From Synechococcus sp. A15-24 (GTDB taxonomy: Bacteria; Cyanobacteriota; Cyanobacteriia; PCC-6307; Cyanobiaceae), in the NCBI RefSeq assembly GCF_014280195.1, contig NZ_CP047960.1, positions 2,160,001 through 2,192,000 on the forward strand: 32,000 nt of DNA, given 5' to 3'. Position numbers and translations under genes: made by a program. The notes beneath the pieces were generated by a model. It ran no database searches, was not told the origin of the DNA, and saw only the letters and a program-made list of their open reading frames with translations. Shown here piece by piece: positions 9,641 through 19,252 of the stretch; the stretch's first letter is position 1; every line of letters begins with the position of its first letter.

Positions 9641-12418
9641 TCAGCTCAGATCCGCCAGGCGTTTGCGGGCCAGATCGGCCTGGGCCTGCTTCTCATCCAG
9701 GTTGGCCTGGCATTCCGCCACCACCTCCGGCGGTGCCTTATCGGCGAAGTTGGGGTTGCCCAGCCGGCCCGCCAGGCCCTTGATCTCCTTCTCGGCCTTG
9801 GCGATGTCTTTCTCGAGGCGGCCCTTGAGCGCATCGAGATCCACCAGGCCTTCGATCGGCAGCAGCACCTGCAGCTCACCGCTCACCCCCGCCAGGGCCT
9901 TGGCCACCGGAGCTGCATCCGCCTCTGCCGGCGCCATCACCGCCACCGACTCCGCCCGCGTCAGGGCCGTGATGTCAGCCGTGCCCTGGTTGAGCACCGC
10001 CGCCAGCTCGCCGCGGCCGGTGACGAAACGCACCGGTACCGATTGCGAGGGCTTAAGCCCCGCCACAGCGCGCAGATTGCGCACCACACGGATTGCAGCG
10101 ATCAGCTCAGCAAAGGAGGCTTCCAAGGCATCATCCAGAGCGCTCTCGTCCAGCACCGGCCAGGGCTGCAGGGCCAGGAAGGTGGTTTCCGACTCACCCG
10201 TCACGCTGTGCCAGAGCTCCTCGGTGAGGTGGGGCATCAGTGGATGCAACATCAGATGCATCTGACTGATCACCTTGGCCAGCACCTGCTTGGCCACCCG
10301 CTGATCGGCGAGAGCCTCTGCTGAAGGATTCTCACCGGGGTTGAGACGGCGCTTGCTCAGCTCCAGATACCAGTCGCAGACGTCGTTCCAGGCGAACTCG
10401 TAAAGCCCCTTGGCCGCTTCACCCAGGCCATAGCTGCTGTAGCGCTCGGCCGTCTCCCGGTTCACCCGGGCCAGGCGGGAGAGGATCCAACGATCCGCCA
10501 GCTGCAGGGCCGCGGGGTCAGGATCCCCCAGCTGGGCCGGCGTTTCGCCGCCCAGGTTCATCAGAGCGAAGCGGGTGGCGTTCCAGAGCTTGTTGGCGAA
10601 GTTGCGCGAGGCCTCCACCGTGGCGGAGGTGTCGGTCTTGCGGTCGTAGTCCAGGCGGATGTCCTGCCCCGCACCGGCCACCTCCCGCACCAAGGCGAAG
10701 CGCAGGGCATCGGTGCCATAACGCTCAATCAGCAGCAGCGGATCGATGCCGTTTCCGGCGCTTTTGCTCATCTTGCGGTTCTGCTCGTCCCGCACCAGGC
10801 CGTGGATGTACACGTCTTGGAAGGGCATCTCACCGGTGAAGGCGCCGGCCATCATCGTCATCCGTGCCACCCAGAAAAAGATGATGTCGAAGCCCGTCAC
10901 CAGGGTGCTGGTGGGGTACCAGCGCTGCAGGTCGGCGCTATCGGCATCAGGCCAACCCAGGGTGGAGAAGGGCCAGAGGCCACTGGAGAACCAGGTGTCG
11001 AGCACGTCTTCGTCCTGCTCGATCTCCGCCGCCGCGCCGTACTCCGCCTTGGCCTTCGCCAGGGCTTCGGCTTCGTTGCGGGCCACCACATAGGGCGTGG
11101 TGTCGGTGTACTTGCCGCCGGTCTCGCTGATCACGAACCAGGCGGGAATGCGATGGCCCCACCAGAGCTGACGGCTGATGCACCAGTCGCGGATGTCGGT
11201 GAGCCAATCGCGATACACCTTCTCCCAGCGCTCTGGGATGAAGCGGGGATCCTGCTTCTCGAGGGCCTCGCGGCAGCGAGCCGCCAGGGGCTCGGTTTTG
11301 ACAAACCACTGGGTGGAGAGCAACGGCTCCACCGGCACCTTGCCGCGGTCTGAATAGGGAACGCTGTGGCGGTAGTCCTCCACCTTCACAAGCAGGCCCA
11401 GCTCCTCCAGGCCAGCCACCACAGCCTTGCGGGCCTCGAAGCGATCAAGCCCTTCGAACTGGCCGGCCTCCTTGTTCATCGTGCCGTTCTTGCGCATCAC
11501 CGTGATCTGAGGCAAATCGTGGCGATGGCCGATGGCAAAATCGTTGGGGTCGTGGGCCGGCGTCACCTTGACGCAGCCGGTGCCGAAGTCTTTCTCCACG
11601 TGGTCGTCGGCCACGATCGGAATCTCACGGCCCACAAACGGCAGCGTGAGGGTCTGGCCCACCAGATGGGCATAGCGCTCGTCGGTGGGATTCACCGCCA
11701 CCGCCGTGTCACCCAACATCGTTTCGGGCCGAGTGGTGGCCACCTCCAGATGGCCATCGCCGCTGCTGAGCGGATAGCGGAAATGCCAGAGGTGGCCGTC
11801 CACCTCCTTCATCTCCACCTCCAGATCGCTCACCGCCGAACCGGAGGCGGGGCACCAGTTCACCAGGTACTCACCGCGGTAAATCAGCCCCTGCTCATGC
11901 AGGCGCACAAAGGCCTCTTTCACCGCCTCACTCAGGCCCTCGTCGAGGGTGAAGCGCTGGCGCTGCCAATCCACGGAATAACCCAAACGCCGCAGCTGGC
12001 CCACGATCCGGCCACCGCTTTCGGCCTTCCATTGCCAAGCCCGTTCCAGGAAGGCATCGCGGCCGAGGTCGTGACGGGTCTTGCCCTCCTCCTTGAGCTG
12101 CTTCTCGAGAATCGTCTGCACGGCGATCGAGGCGTGATCGGTGCCCGGCAGACAGAGAACGTTTTTCCCAGCCAGGCGCTGGGAGCGCACGATCGTGTCG
12201 ATCAGGGCTGTGTTGAAGGCATGGCCCATGTGCAGGCTGCCGGTCACGTTCGGCGGCGGAATCACCACCGAGAACGGTTCACCGGGTGCTTTGGGATCAG
12301 GATGGAAGGCTCCCTGGTCTTCCCAGGCCTGCTGCCAGCACGCTTCCGTACCAACCGGATCGTAGGTCTTGGCCAGTTCGGGCACGGAAGCGGTGCAATG
12401 AGTGGGCCATGCTCGCAA
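9641..12418 (-). CDS. valS: Valyl-tRNA synthetase
   Basis: It has the class I motifs SLHMGHAFN (HIGH) and KMSKS and a C-terminal coiled-coil tail. The ORF-track start at 12418 is a TTG. An in-frame GTG at 12385 giving (M)PELAKTYDP is an equally plausible start. Confidence 0.95.
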   Translation of the reverse strand: MRAWPTHCTASVPELAKTYDPVGTEACWQQAWEDQGAFHPDPKAPGEPFSVVIPPPNVTGSLHMGHAFNTALIDTIVRSQRLAGKNVLCLPGTDHASIAVQTILEKQLKEEGKTRHDLGRDAFLERAWQWKAESGGRIVGQLRRLGYSVDWQRQRFTLDEGLSEAVKEAFVRLHEQGLIYRGEYLVNWCPASGSAVSDLEVEMKEVDGHLWHFRYPLSSGDGHLEVATTRPETMLGDTAVAVNPTDERYAHLVGQTLTLPFVGREIPIVADDHVEKDFGTGCVKVTPAHDPNDFAIGHRHDLPQITVMRKNGTMNKEAGQFEGLDRFEARKAVVAGLEELGLLVKVEDYRHSVPYSDRGKVPVEPLLSTQWFVKTEPLAARCREALEKQDPRFIPERWEKVYRDWLTDIRDWCISRQLWWGHRIPAWFVISETGGKYTDTTPYVVARNEAEALAKAKAEYGAAAEIEQDEDVLDTWFSSGLWPFSTLGWPDADSADLQRWYPTSTLVTGFDIIFFWVARMTMMAGAFTGEMPFQDVYIHGLVRDEQNRKMSKSAGNGIDPLLLIERYGTDALRFALVREVAGAGQDIRLDYDRKTDTSATVEASRNFANKLWNATRFALMNLGGETPAQLGDPDPAALQLADRWILSRLARVNRETAERYSSYGLGEAAKGLYEFAWNDVCDWYLELSKRRLNPGENPSAEALADQRVAKQVLAKVISQMHLMLHPLMPHLTEELWHSVTGESETTFLALQPWPVLDESALDDALEASFAELIAAIRVVRNLRAVAGLKPSQSVPVRFVTGRGELAAVLNQGTADITALTRAESVAVMAPAEADAAPVAKALAGVSGELQVLLPIEGLVDLDALKGRLEKDIAKAEKEIKGLAGRLGNPNFADKAPPEVVAECQANLDEKQAQADLARKRLADLS

Positions 12419-12470
12419 AGCCCTGTTCGTTCAGACGAAAGGCCCTAAACCACAATATCGAGGTCACGGC

Positions 12471-12608
12471 ATGGGTGCGATCCGGACCCGGAATCTGACC
12501 CTGGGCATCACCCTTGCAGTCCTCTGCGCAGGTTGCACGAGCAATCAATTTCAAGCGGAGGACGTCACCCCAGAGGATGAGCCCAGCTCAACGGGCGAGA
12601 CGCCGTAG
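12471..12608 (+). CDS. Small putative lipoprotein (45 aa)
   Basis: An ATG at 12471 gives MGAIRTRNLTLGITLAVLCAGC.., a basic N-terminus plus hydrophobic core plus lipobox L-C-A-G-C. The short acidic tail overlaps the 3' end of the convergent gene by 21 nt. No other support. Confidence 0.35.
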   Translation: MGAIRTRNLTLGITLAVLCAGCTSNQFQAEDVTPEDEPSSTGETP

Positions 12609-13211
12609 ATAGTCCTCCTGGCGACCGGCGTTGATCCAGCCGGTGGCGATCAGCTTTCGGGCGCTCTCGTTGACCCGTCCGCGATGAATGTGGGACGGAC
12701 CAGCCGGAAAGATCACCAACTTGCCCCGTTCCGCCGGTTCGTGGTGGTCCTGCCAGTGGAACTCGGTCCCAGCTTCATCCACGTCGTTGCAATAGAGAAT
12801 CCAGGCCAGCACCCGGTGGACGGGTTCAGTGGCCTCATCGCTGATCATCCAGTCGCAGTGCCAGCGCTTGAAGCCCTCCCCGGGGGCGTAGTGCTGAAGG
12901 TTGAAGATCGGATTCACAAACAGGCTCTGCTCCGGACAGCAATCGCGAAACAGGGGCCGCTCCTTCAGATAACGCTCCAGGCCGGCCGTCACCCCACGAA
13001 GGATCAGTTGCGACAGAGCAAAGGATTCCGGTTCCAAGCGATCAATCGCCACCAGGCTGATGTCAGTGCTCTGTTTCGCCGGTTCCCCCTCACCCTCCGG
13101 CACGAAGGCCACGCCGGGCCGCTGCAAATCCACACGGCGTTCGAAGAAGTCACGCACCGCATCGGCAACCGACAGGTAGCCGGAATTGCTGTAGCGCCCG
13201 ATCAGATTCAT
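12588..13211 (-). CDS. 2OG-Fe(II) oxygenase-superfamily protein (putative)
   Basis: It has an HxD-type triad candidate WHCDW and a distal His in GPSHIHRG. The size and layout resemble the small 2OG-Fe(II) oxygenases common in marine cyanobacteria. Its start overlaps the upstream stop as ATGA at 13208-13211. Confidence 0.6.
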   Translation of the reverse strand: MNLIGRYSNSGYLSVADAVRDFFERRVDLQRPGVAFVPEGEGEPAKQSTDISLVAIDRLEPESFALSQLILRGVTAGLERYLKERPLFRDCCPEQSLFVNPIFNLQHYAPGEGFKRWHCDWMISDEATEPVHRVLAWILYCNDVDEAGTEFHWQDHHEPAERGKLVIFPAGPSHIHRGRVNESARKLIATGWINAGRQEDYLRRLAR

Positions 13212-13669
13212 ACCGCTGTCTCCAGGCGCGGGACGGCCACCACCGCATCGAGCTGCTGCCAGCGCACCCGGTCAGCCACCACATGGTCCTGCAATTGCAC
13301 CTGCTCGATCACCGCCGCGGCCCGATCGAGATCCAGGGGGACACCAGGTCCCATCGGCAGCACCAAAACCTGCTGTTCTGCCGGATCGGCCATCACCTGC
13401 AAATCGAGGTCCTCCAGCTCCCGCTCAAAGAACACTCGCCGCATGCGCGTGGTCACAGTGGAGCCAAGGGCCTCAACAAAACGGGCCATCCCGGCCTCAT
13501 GTCCAGAGCACCCACAGTTGAGCGACAACCAGATTAGCAGCTTCACCCAGCTGTCCACCGTCCACAACGGCTGGAAGCTCTCGCGGTGCTGCTTCACTAA
13601 CTCGCCGATGGCGAAATCGAACAGGGTGGCCTGCAGGCCAGTGGCATCAGCGGAATCCATGACACTCAT
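13208..13669 (-). CDS. Hypothetical protein
   Basis: This 153-aa ORF has backbone-like composition and is translationally coupled to the downstream oxygenase gene. I recognise no motif. Confidence 0.6.
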   Translation of the reverse strand: MSVMDSADATGLQATLFDFAIGELVKQHRESFQPLWTVDSWVKLLIWLSLNCGCSGHEAGMARFVEALGSTVTTRMRRVFFERELEDLDLQVMADPAEQQVLVLPMGPGVPLDLDRAAAVIEQVQLQDHVVADRVRWQQLDAVVAVPRLETAV

Positions 13670-13714
13670 CCTCTCCTGCGAGAGGTCAGACTGGACGAAC
13701 CGGCTGCTTCCCCC

Positions 13715-13972
13715 ATGGCCCTGGATCTCAACGATCCCGAACTTGAATTCTCCGATCTGGTCTACGCCTACCAGAGCTGGGTGATGGCGGTGATCAACGA
13801 CGAGAAGCTCGACGGTGACGACAAATTGCTCACTGACGACATCACCGAAGACGCACTGAATGCCATGCGCTTCCTCCCCGGTGAAGTCACTAGTGCGATC
13901 GAGACCAGCCTGGCCCGCGTCTATGACGTGGATGCCGATGAGCTGGCTGAGCTGCTGTTCCCCGAAGACTGA
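13715..13972 (+). CDS. Small acidic hypothetical protein (85 aa)
   Basis: The ORF is clean and has non-shadow composition (D/E-rich). It sits 8 nt upstream of the SDR gene on the same strand. Confidence 0.55.
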   Translation: MALDLNDPELEFSDLVYAYQSWVMAVINDEKLDGDDKLLTDDITEDALNAMRFLPGEVTSAIETSLARVYDVDADELAELLFPED

Positions 13973-13980
13973 ACCGAGCC

Positions 13981-14886
13981 ATGGTCTGGACCGTTGACGA
14001 CATCCCCTCCCAGGAGGGGAGAGTTGCGCTTGTCACAGGAGCGAACAGCGGTCTGGGCCTGGCCACCGCCCGCGCCATGAGCGCTCGCGGGGCGACGGTG
14101 ATCATGGCTTGCCGCTCCCGGCGCAAAGCCGAAACGGCACGGAAGCAGCTGCTGGAAGCGGGGCTCACCGGCCTGGATCTGCTGGAGCTTGACCTGGCGG
14201 ACCTCAACAGTGTGCAGCGTGCTGCAGCCGAGGTGAGTGATCGCTACGGCCACCTGGATCTGCTGTTCAACAACGCCGGGGTGATGGCCCCACCGCGTCA
14301 GCTGACCGTTCAGGGCCATGAGCTGCAACTGGGCGTGAACCACCTGGGCCATATGGCCCTCACCCTAAAACTGCTGCCGCTGATGCAGGGTCGCAACGAT
14401 GCCCGCGTGGTGACCGTGACCTCCGGCGCCCAGTACTTCGGACGCATTCGCTGGACTGACCCCAGCTGGGCACAGGGCTACGACCGCTACGCCGCCTACA
14501 GCCAGAGCAAGCTGGCCAATGTGATGTTCGCCCTGGAACTGGAGGCACGGCAGCAGAAGCAAGGCGGCGGCATCCGCTCTCTGGCAGCCCACCCCGGCCT
14601 GGCTCGTACGGATCTGCAGCCAACAGCGATCGCCAGTGGCGGCAACCGTCTGGAGGCTGTGGCATACCGCCTGATGGATCCCCTGTTCCAAAGCGCTGCC
14701 ATGGGCGCCTTACCTCAGCTGCATGCCGCTACAGCCGCGACAGCGCAGGGGGGAGAGCACTACGGCCCAGACCAACTGGGGGGAATGCGCGGCCACCCAA
14801 CCCGCTGCCGCATCGCTCCAGCCGCCCTCGACCGTGAGCAGCGTCAACGGCTCTGGCAACTCAGCGAACGGCTGATCAGTGCCTGA
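13981..14886 (+). CDS. Short-chain dehydrogenase/reductase (SDR)
   Basis: It has the cofactor motif VTGANSGLGLATA, the NNAG motif and the catalytic YSQSK (YxxxK). Confidence 0.9.
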   Translation: MVWTVDDIPSQEGRVALVTGANSGLGLATARAMSARGATVIMACRSRRKAETARKQLLEAGLTGLDLLELDLADLNSVQRAAAEVSDRYGHLDLLFNNAGVMAPPRQLTVQGHELQLGVNHLGHMALTLKLLPLMQGRNDARVVTVTSGAQYFGRIRWTDPSWAQGYDRYAAYSQSKLANVMFALELEARQQKQGGGIRSLAAHPGLARTDLQPTAIASGGNRLEAVAYRLMDPLFQSAAMGALPQLHAATAATAQGGEHYGPDQLGGMRGHPTRCRIAPAALDREQRQRLWQLSERLISA

Positions 14887-16859
14887 CCAGCCCACCGCCA
14901 TCGGGCGGTTGATTCCATACGTGATGGGGCGAGCCCGCCGTGGCGTTGTGGGATCGAGCCGTTACGCCCATCGGCTTCGGCAGGCCTTGCTGGAGGCAGC
15001 CAAGGATGCCGAGCACCGACCTCTGCTGGTCAGGGGGGAACCGGGACTGGAGAAAGACAACCTTGCTGCGCTGGTGCATTACGGCTCCGAGCGCCGTCGC
15101 CGGCTGCTTGTGCGCCTGGATGCTGGAGATCTCCAGGGCAATGGCCGACTGCTTTTGGATGACCTGCTGGACTCCTCCCTTTTGGTGAGCGGCATCGATC
15201 GCCTGGAACCGGCCGTGCAGCAACGCTTGATCTCCATGGCGCGGGGTGAATCACCACAGTTCACCGCCCGCGTTCTGTTCACCAGCGAAACCCATCTGTC
15301 CTGCCACGATGGGATTGCACAACTGATCAGAGTTCCACCCCTGCGGGTGCGCGGGGAGGACCTGGTGGGGGACTGGATTCGCTACATGGTCCGGCTGCAG
15401 AGCTCTGGTCTGGGGTGGGAACAGCCCCCCGCGGTGCCGGATGCGGTGGTCCGCAGGCTGCAGAACCATGACTTAGCCAACAACCTGCGCGAACTGGAGA
15501 CCCTGGTGGATCGAGCGCCCCGTCAGGCCCGGCAACAGTCGTCCGCTGGAGAACTGCCAACCATGCTTCCCGAGGCAGTGTTCTGGACGGGCAATCGGAA
15601 CCAAAAGGCCAGGTTTGATCTGTGGCGCTGGAAGCCAGAGCTGCGCCAGTGGATGCGGGCCCCCCAGCTCTGGAATGGACTGCTGTTCGGGTTGGTGAGC
15701 TGGTTGTTCGTTGCGGTGAATCTGGCGCTCTGGCTTGGGCCCCAGGCACGTGCCGACAACCCGATGCTGAAACTGTTCTGGGCCTGGTGGTGGCCCTTGA
15801 TCCTGATCAGCTACCCCCTGGTGGGTCGGCTCTGGTGTGCCATCTGTCCCTTCATGGTTTGGGGGCAGATCGCCCAGCGTTTGACCCCATGGCGCAAGCG
15901 GCTCTGGCCCCATGGCGACACCGATCGCTGGGCCTCAAACCTGCTCGCAGCAGGGTTTGCCTTGATCCTGATCTGGGAGGAGGTGTGGAATCTTGAAAAC
16001 ACCGCCTGGCTCAGCAGTTGCCTGCTGCTGCTGATCACAGCAGGGGCTGTGGTCGGATCGCTGCTGTTCGAAAAACGGTTTTGGTGCCGCTACCTCTGTC
16101 CCGTGGGAGGGATGAACGGCCTGTTCGCCAAACTTTCGATGCTGGAACTGAGGGCTGAAGCCGGCACCTGCGGTGGCAGCTGCAGCAGCTACGCCTGCTT
16201 CAAGGGAGGTCCAGCCCAAGGGAGAGGGGCTCGCCACGGAGGGCTGTCCATTGGGCACGCACCCGGCTCACCTCAGTGACAACCGCAATTGCGTTCTGTG
16301 CATGACCTGCACCCAAGCCTGTCCAAACCGATCGGTGCAACTGCGTCTGAGGCCCCCTGCCGCTGATGTGCAGAAAGACATGCGGAGCCCAGATGGCGAG
16401 CGGGGGCTGATCCTGGTGCTTGCTGGGGGAATCACACTGCATCACTGGGAAAAGCTGCTCAGCTGGTTGCCTTTGGCACCAGCGTCATTGCAGGAGGGTC
16501 CGCTCTTGCCACGGCTGAGTTTCGCCCTGCTTGCTCTTGCTCTCCCCTCTACAGCCGGGCTGTGGCTAAACCGACGTTGGTTTTTGGCAGCGCTGCCCCT
16601 GCTCTGGGCCCTGCTCCTCGCACGTCATCTTCCGATGGGAATGCTGGAAGCTGGCACCGTGTTGCCCAGCGGCTGGCCCCGTTGGTCGGCTGATTCCCAT
16701 GTGCTGGCGTTTTGTCAGACCCTGGTCATCAGCATCGGTTGGGCTGGCGCTGTGGTTTTGGCCCGACGGCTCTCAACCGCAAAGTTCTGGGGCTGGCTGA
16801 GCTGCAGCATGGTGCTGTTATCAATCAGCTGCGCTGGACGCTGGCTGGTGGCCTTCTGA
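14879..16859 (+). pseudogene. Sigma-54-activator-like (degenerate AAA+) domain fused to a polytopic 4Fe-4S-binding membrane domain; split by a 1-nt frameshift near 16205-16226
   Basis: ORF 14879..16279 has NtrC-like blocks: LVRGEPGLEKDNLAALVH in place of GESGTGKE, then IRVPPLRVRGEDL and NNLRELETLVDRA. It continues with TM segments carrying LWCAICPF and FWCRYLCPVGG. ORF 16173..16859 continues in the next frame with GEGLATEGCPLGTHP and the ferredoxin motif CVLCMTCTQACP plus more TM segments. Skipping one base around 16223 joins ..CFKGGPAQG to EGLATEGCP... The start may be GTG 14879 or ATG 14924. Confidence 0.7.
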
Positions 16860-16863
16860 TGCC

Positions 16864-17268
16864 ATGACTGGTTCCTCTCCTGCCTTGAACGCCCGTCAAA
16901 AGGCGTTGCTGACGGCTCTCAACGCCTGTGGGGATGAAATGAGTGGTCAACAGCTGCATCGCAGCCTCGATGACGAGGCATCCATGGGACTAGCGACCGT
17001 TTATCGCAATCTGCGGCAACTGCAGCAACGGGGCCTGGTGCGCTGTCGCCATCTGCCCACCGGCGAAGCGCTCTACGCCCCTGTGGACCGGGATCGCCAT
17101 CACCTCACCTGTGTGGACTGTGGAACAACGCAGGTGCTGGACCATTGCCCCATCCATGGCATCGACGTGCCTGCTGACAGTCGAGGAGACTTCAAATTGT
17201 TGTTTCACACGCTTGAATTCTTTGGTTTCTGCAGCAGCTGCCGTCCGCAGCGAAGCTTCAAACCATGA
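16864..17268 (+). CDS. zur: Fur-family metalloregulator, probably Zur
   Basis: It has a winged-helix segment GLATVYRNLRQLQQRGLV and the Cys sites HHLTCVDCG and CSSC. The Zur assignment rests on my recollection of the marine Synechococcus Zur sequence and is not verifiable here. Confidence 0.8.
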   Translation: MTGSSPALNARQKALLTALNACGDEMSGQQLHRSLDDEASMGLATVYRNLRQLQQRGLVRCRHLPTGEALYAPVDRDRHHLTCVDCGTTQVLDHCPIHGIDVPADSRGDFKLLFHTLEFFGFCSSCRPQRSFKP

Positions 17269-18002
17269 CCCTGGCAGCGACCTACTACGGAGCCAATAGC
17301 TGGCTACTGGAATTCAACAACCTGCGCGTGCTTGTGGACCCCTGGCTCAGGGGAAGCCTGAGTTTTCCTCCGGGGTCCTGGCTTCTGAAAGGGGTTCTGC
17401 CCCATGAGCGTCCCGCACCTGGGACACTCGATCTGCTGCTGCTGACCCAGGGCTTGGCGGATCACAGCCACCCCGAAAGTCTTGATCTCCTGCCGCGCGA
17501 TCTGCCCGTCATCGGCTCGGCATCCGCGGCACGGGTGGTGCGACTACTGGGATTTCAAACCATCACCAGCCTTAAACCAGGTGAGACAACCAACCATCAG
17601 GGACTCACGGTGCGTGCCACCGCCGGCGCTCCAGTTCCGATGGTGGAAAACGGCTATCTGCTGGAGCACGAGGCCGGACAGCTCTACCTGGAACCCCATG
17701 GATTCCTGGACCCAACCCTTCCCGAACAACCTCTGGATGCCGTGATCACGCCGATGGTGGATCTGGGTCTTCCAGCCCTGGGTGCTTTTGTGAAGGGCTG
17801 CAGCGTGGCGCCGGAATTGGTTCAGCGCTTCCAACCCACCACCATGCTGGCCAGCACCTCCGGTGGCGATGTGCGTTTCAGCGGCGCTTTGAGTGGAATC
17901 CTGCAGATGAGCGGTTCTGTGGAGCAAACCGGCCGCGACCTGCCGACGAGCACCCAATGGCTAGACCCCACACCAGGAGAGCGTTTGGTGCTGAAACCGT
18001 AA
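17265..18002 (+). CDS. MBL-fold metallo-hydrolase-like protein
   Basis: It has a degenerate HxHxDH-region segment LLLTQGLADHSHPESL. Its ATG overlaps the Fur-family stop as ATGA at 17265-17268. Confidence 0.7.
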   Translation: MTLAATYYGANSWLLEFNNLRVLVDPWLRGSLSFPPGSWLLKGVLPHERPAPGTLDLLLLTQGLADHSHPESLDLLPRDLPVIGSASAARVVRLLGFQTITSLKPGETTNHQGLTVRATAGAPVPMVENGYLLEHEAGQLYLEPHGFLDPTLPEQPLDAVITPMVDLGLPALGAFVKGCSVAPELVQRFQPTTMLASTSGGDVRFSGALSGILQMSGSVEQTGRDLPTSTQWLDPTPGERLVLKP

Positions 18003-18049
18003 GGGAAGCAAATCCTTACCAACTCAAAAGGAGCAATCGGCGAGATCGC

Positions 18050-18067
18050 GTTACAGTTCTTTACAGA
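18050..18067 (+). promoter_or_regulatory. HLR1-type direct repeat (candidate RpaB site) upstream of hli
   Basis: The sequence is GTTACAGT tc TTTACAGA, against the HLR1 consensus (G/T)TTACA(T/A)(T/A) nn (G/T)TTACA(T/A)(T/A). Each half has one deviation, a G at position 7. It ends 16 nt before the hli ATG. Confidence 0.5.
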
Positions 18068-18083
18068 TCGATCGAGATCCCCG

Positions 18084-18314
18084 ATGACCAACTCCAACGA
18101 CAACTGGTTCCAGACCACCGCAGCCCGTGAAATCCATCTGGAACAGCTCAAGCAAGCTGAGCGCTTCAATGGCCGCGCCGCCATGCTCGGCATCGTGATC
18201 GGGATCATCACCGAAGGACTCACCGGAGCTGGCATTGCCCACCAAATCGGCCTGGGGCCACTGGTGGATGGCTACGCCGCTTGCCGCACCCAGTTCCTTC
18301 CCTTCTGCTTCTGA
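18084..18314 (+). CDS. hli: High-light-inducible protein (HLIP, CAB/ELIP/HLIP family)
   Basis: It has the chlorophyll-binding helix motif ERFNGRAAMLGIVIGIITE in a single-TM 76-aa protein. Confidence 0.92.
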   Translation: MTNSNDNWFQTTAAREIHLEQLKQAERFNGRAAMLGIVIGIITEGLTGAGIAHQIGLGPLVDGYAACRTQFLPFCF

Positions 18315-18329
18315 GCCTCAGAAACTCGA

Positions 18330-18365
18330 CCGATGCGACGGGCAGCGCGACTTCCGTCGCATCGG
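18330..18365 (+). terminator. Strong hairpin downstream of hli (possible terminator, no U-tract)
   Basis: A perfect 12-bp stem pairs CCGATGCGACGG (18330-18341) with CCGTCGCATCGG (18354-18365) around a 12-nt loop. It starts 16 nt after the hli stop. It is followed by CGACAAAAAC, not a T-run. Confidence 0.35.
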
Positions 18366-18465
18366 CGACAAAAACAGGCTAAATTTTCGTAACGTTGACC
18401 CGGATCTTCCGGATGCAGTTCGTTCCAGGCCATGCAACGGGGGCCAGGACGCTGTGGAGACGCCC

Positions 18466-18642
18466 ATGTCCCCCCTCTCAATGATTCAAAAGCGCACCCA
18501 ACGCCAGCAACTTCTTGAAGGCGCTCGTCGCCAGATGGCCAAAGCCGAAGGGTGCTTCGACCTTGAAGTCAACAGCGCCAGGATTGCACCGGCACCGCTA
18601 TATGACCTCTCCTACCGAGCCATCAGCGCCAACTGGCTCTGA
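18466..18642 (+). CDS. Hypothetical small protein (58 aa)
   Basis: This uses the internal ATG of ORF 18235..18642 and begins MSPLSMIQKRTQRQQLLEG... The longer version would overlap hli. No motif is recognised. Confidence 0.3.
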   Translation: MSPLSMIQKRTQRQQLLEGARRQMAKAEGCFDLEVNSARIAPAPLYDLSYRAISANWL

Positions 18643-18746
18643 TTCAGCGCCAGGTCGTTTATTTCGCTGTGTTCAACGGTTATCAATTTCACAGCCCGAC
18701 ATCGTGCGCGCTGAGACGGTAAGAGCACCCTGAACACACCAGTCCC

Positions 18747-18965
18747 ATGATCAAACTCGGAGGACGCGTGGTGGAAACTCCAATGGGTTCCACCATCGAT
18801 TCCATTCGTGATGGCGGCTTCTGGGTTTGCGATCGGGACCGGAACTGTCGGGAAGTGTGTGGTCTCTGGGAGGCTGAAGAATTCCTGCGCGAGCGGGAGA
18901 GGGGATTTGATTACCCCTACGCCTCCCAGCTCCACGCCGTAGAGGATGTCCAGAGCAATCAGTAG
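18747..18965 (+). CDS. Hypothetical small protein (72 aa)
   Basis: The ORF is open and has non-shadow composition, including a Cys pair in WVCDRDRNCREVCG. No family is recognised. Confidence 0.4.
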   Translation: MIKLGGRVVETPMGSTIDSIRDGGFWVCDRDRNCREVCGLWEAEEFLRERERGFDYPYASQLHAVEDVQSNQ

Positions 18966-19015
18966 TTCCCATCAGGCGTTGTCTCCGCTTTGATGAGGTC
19001 ATTTGAGCTGTTTAG

Positions 19016-19147
19016 ATGACCCTTGGTCGCTTCTTGATCCTCTTTGCTGTGGGTGTCGTTGCTGCGCTAGTGCTGAAACTTACCTGGCTTAACTGGTTGC
19101 TGGGCTTAGCTGCGGGGTGGGTGGTTTTCAAACTCATCAAGGGTTGA
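19016..19147 (+). CDS. Hypothetical small hydrophobic peptide (43 aa, two predicted TM stretches)
   Basis: My own translation is MTLGRFLILFAVGVVAALVLKLTWLNWLLGLAAGWVVFKLIKG*. It is below the ORF-track length cutoff. Confidence 0.3.
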   Translation: MTLGRFLILFAVGVVAALVLKLTWLNWLLGLAAGWVVFKLIKG

Positions 19148-19252
19148 CGTCAAATCCAAAGGCGTTGAACTCCTGACATCAACCTCTCCGGTGTGAATGG
19201 TTACCCATGACCTTGGTCGCGATGCCTATCACCAGGCAAAGCCAACCGTCTG

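Noticed and set aside
12684-13784. A 366-aa plus-strand ORF, one of several similar long ORFs. The others include 28619..29578 (+), 30923..31903 (-), 11366..12448 (+), 574..1194 (-), 1252..1878 (-), 7811..8500 (+) and 8932..9783 (+).
   Set aside because: All lie antisense to, or out of frame with, genes that carry diagnostic motifs (oxygenase/hypothetical pair, DLH, speB, valS, ligA, ABC genes). Their products are R/A/G/P/H-rich with no motifs. This is the expected stop-poor shadow of high-GC coding DNA.
16205-16226. Programmed +1 ribosomal frameshifting as an explanation for the split sigma-54-like/4Fe-4S gene.
   Set aside because: There is no recognisable slippery or hungry-codon context, no in-frame stop at the shift site (unlike prfB), and no downstream structure. 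A mutation or sequencing error is more parsimonious.
19016-19220. The repeated start context ATGACC(C)TTGGTCGC at 19016 and 19207.
   Set aside because: Only about 14 nt are shared, with an indel, and the flanks are not similar. The second copy heads an ORF (19207..19464) that overlaps the better-looking 19253..19549 ORF. It is probably coincidence.
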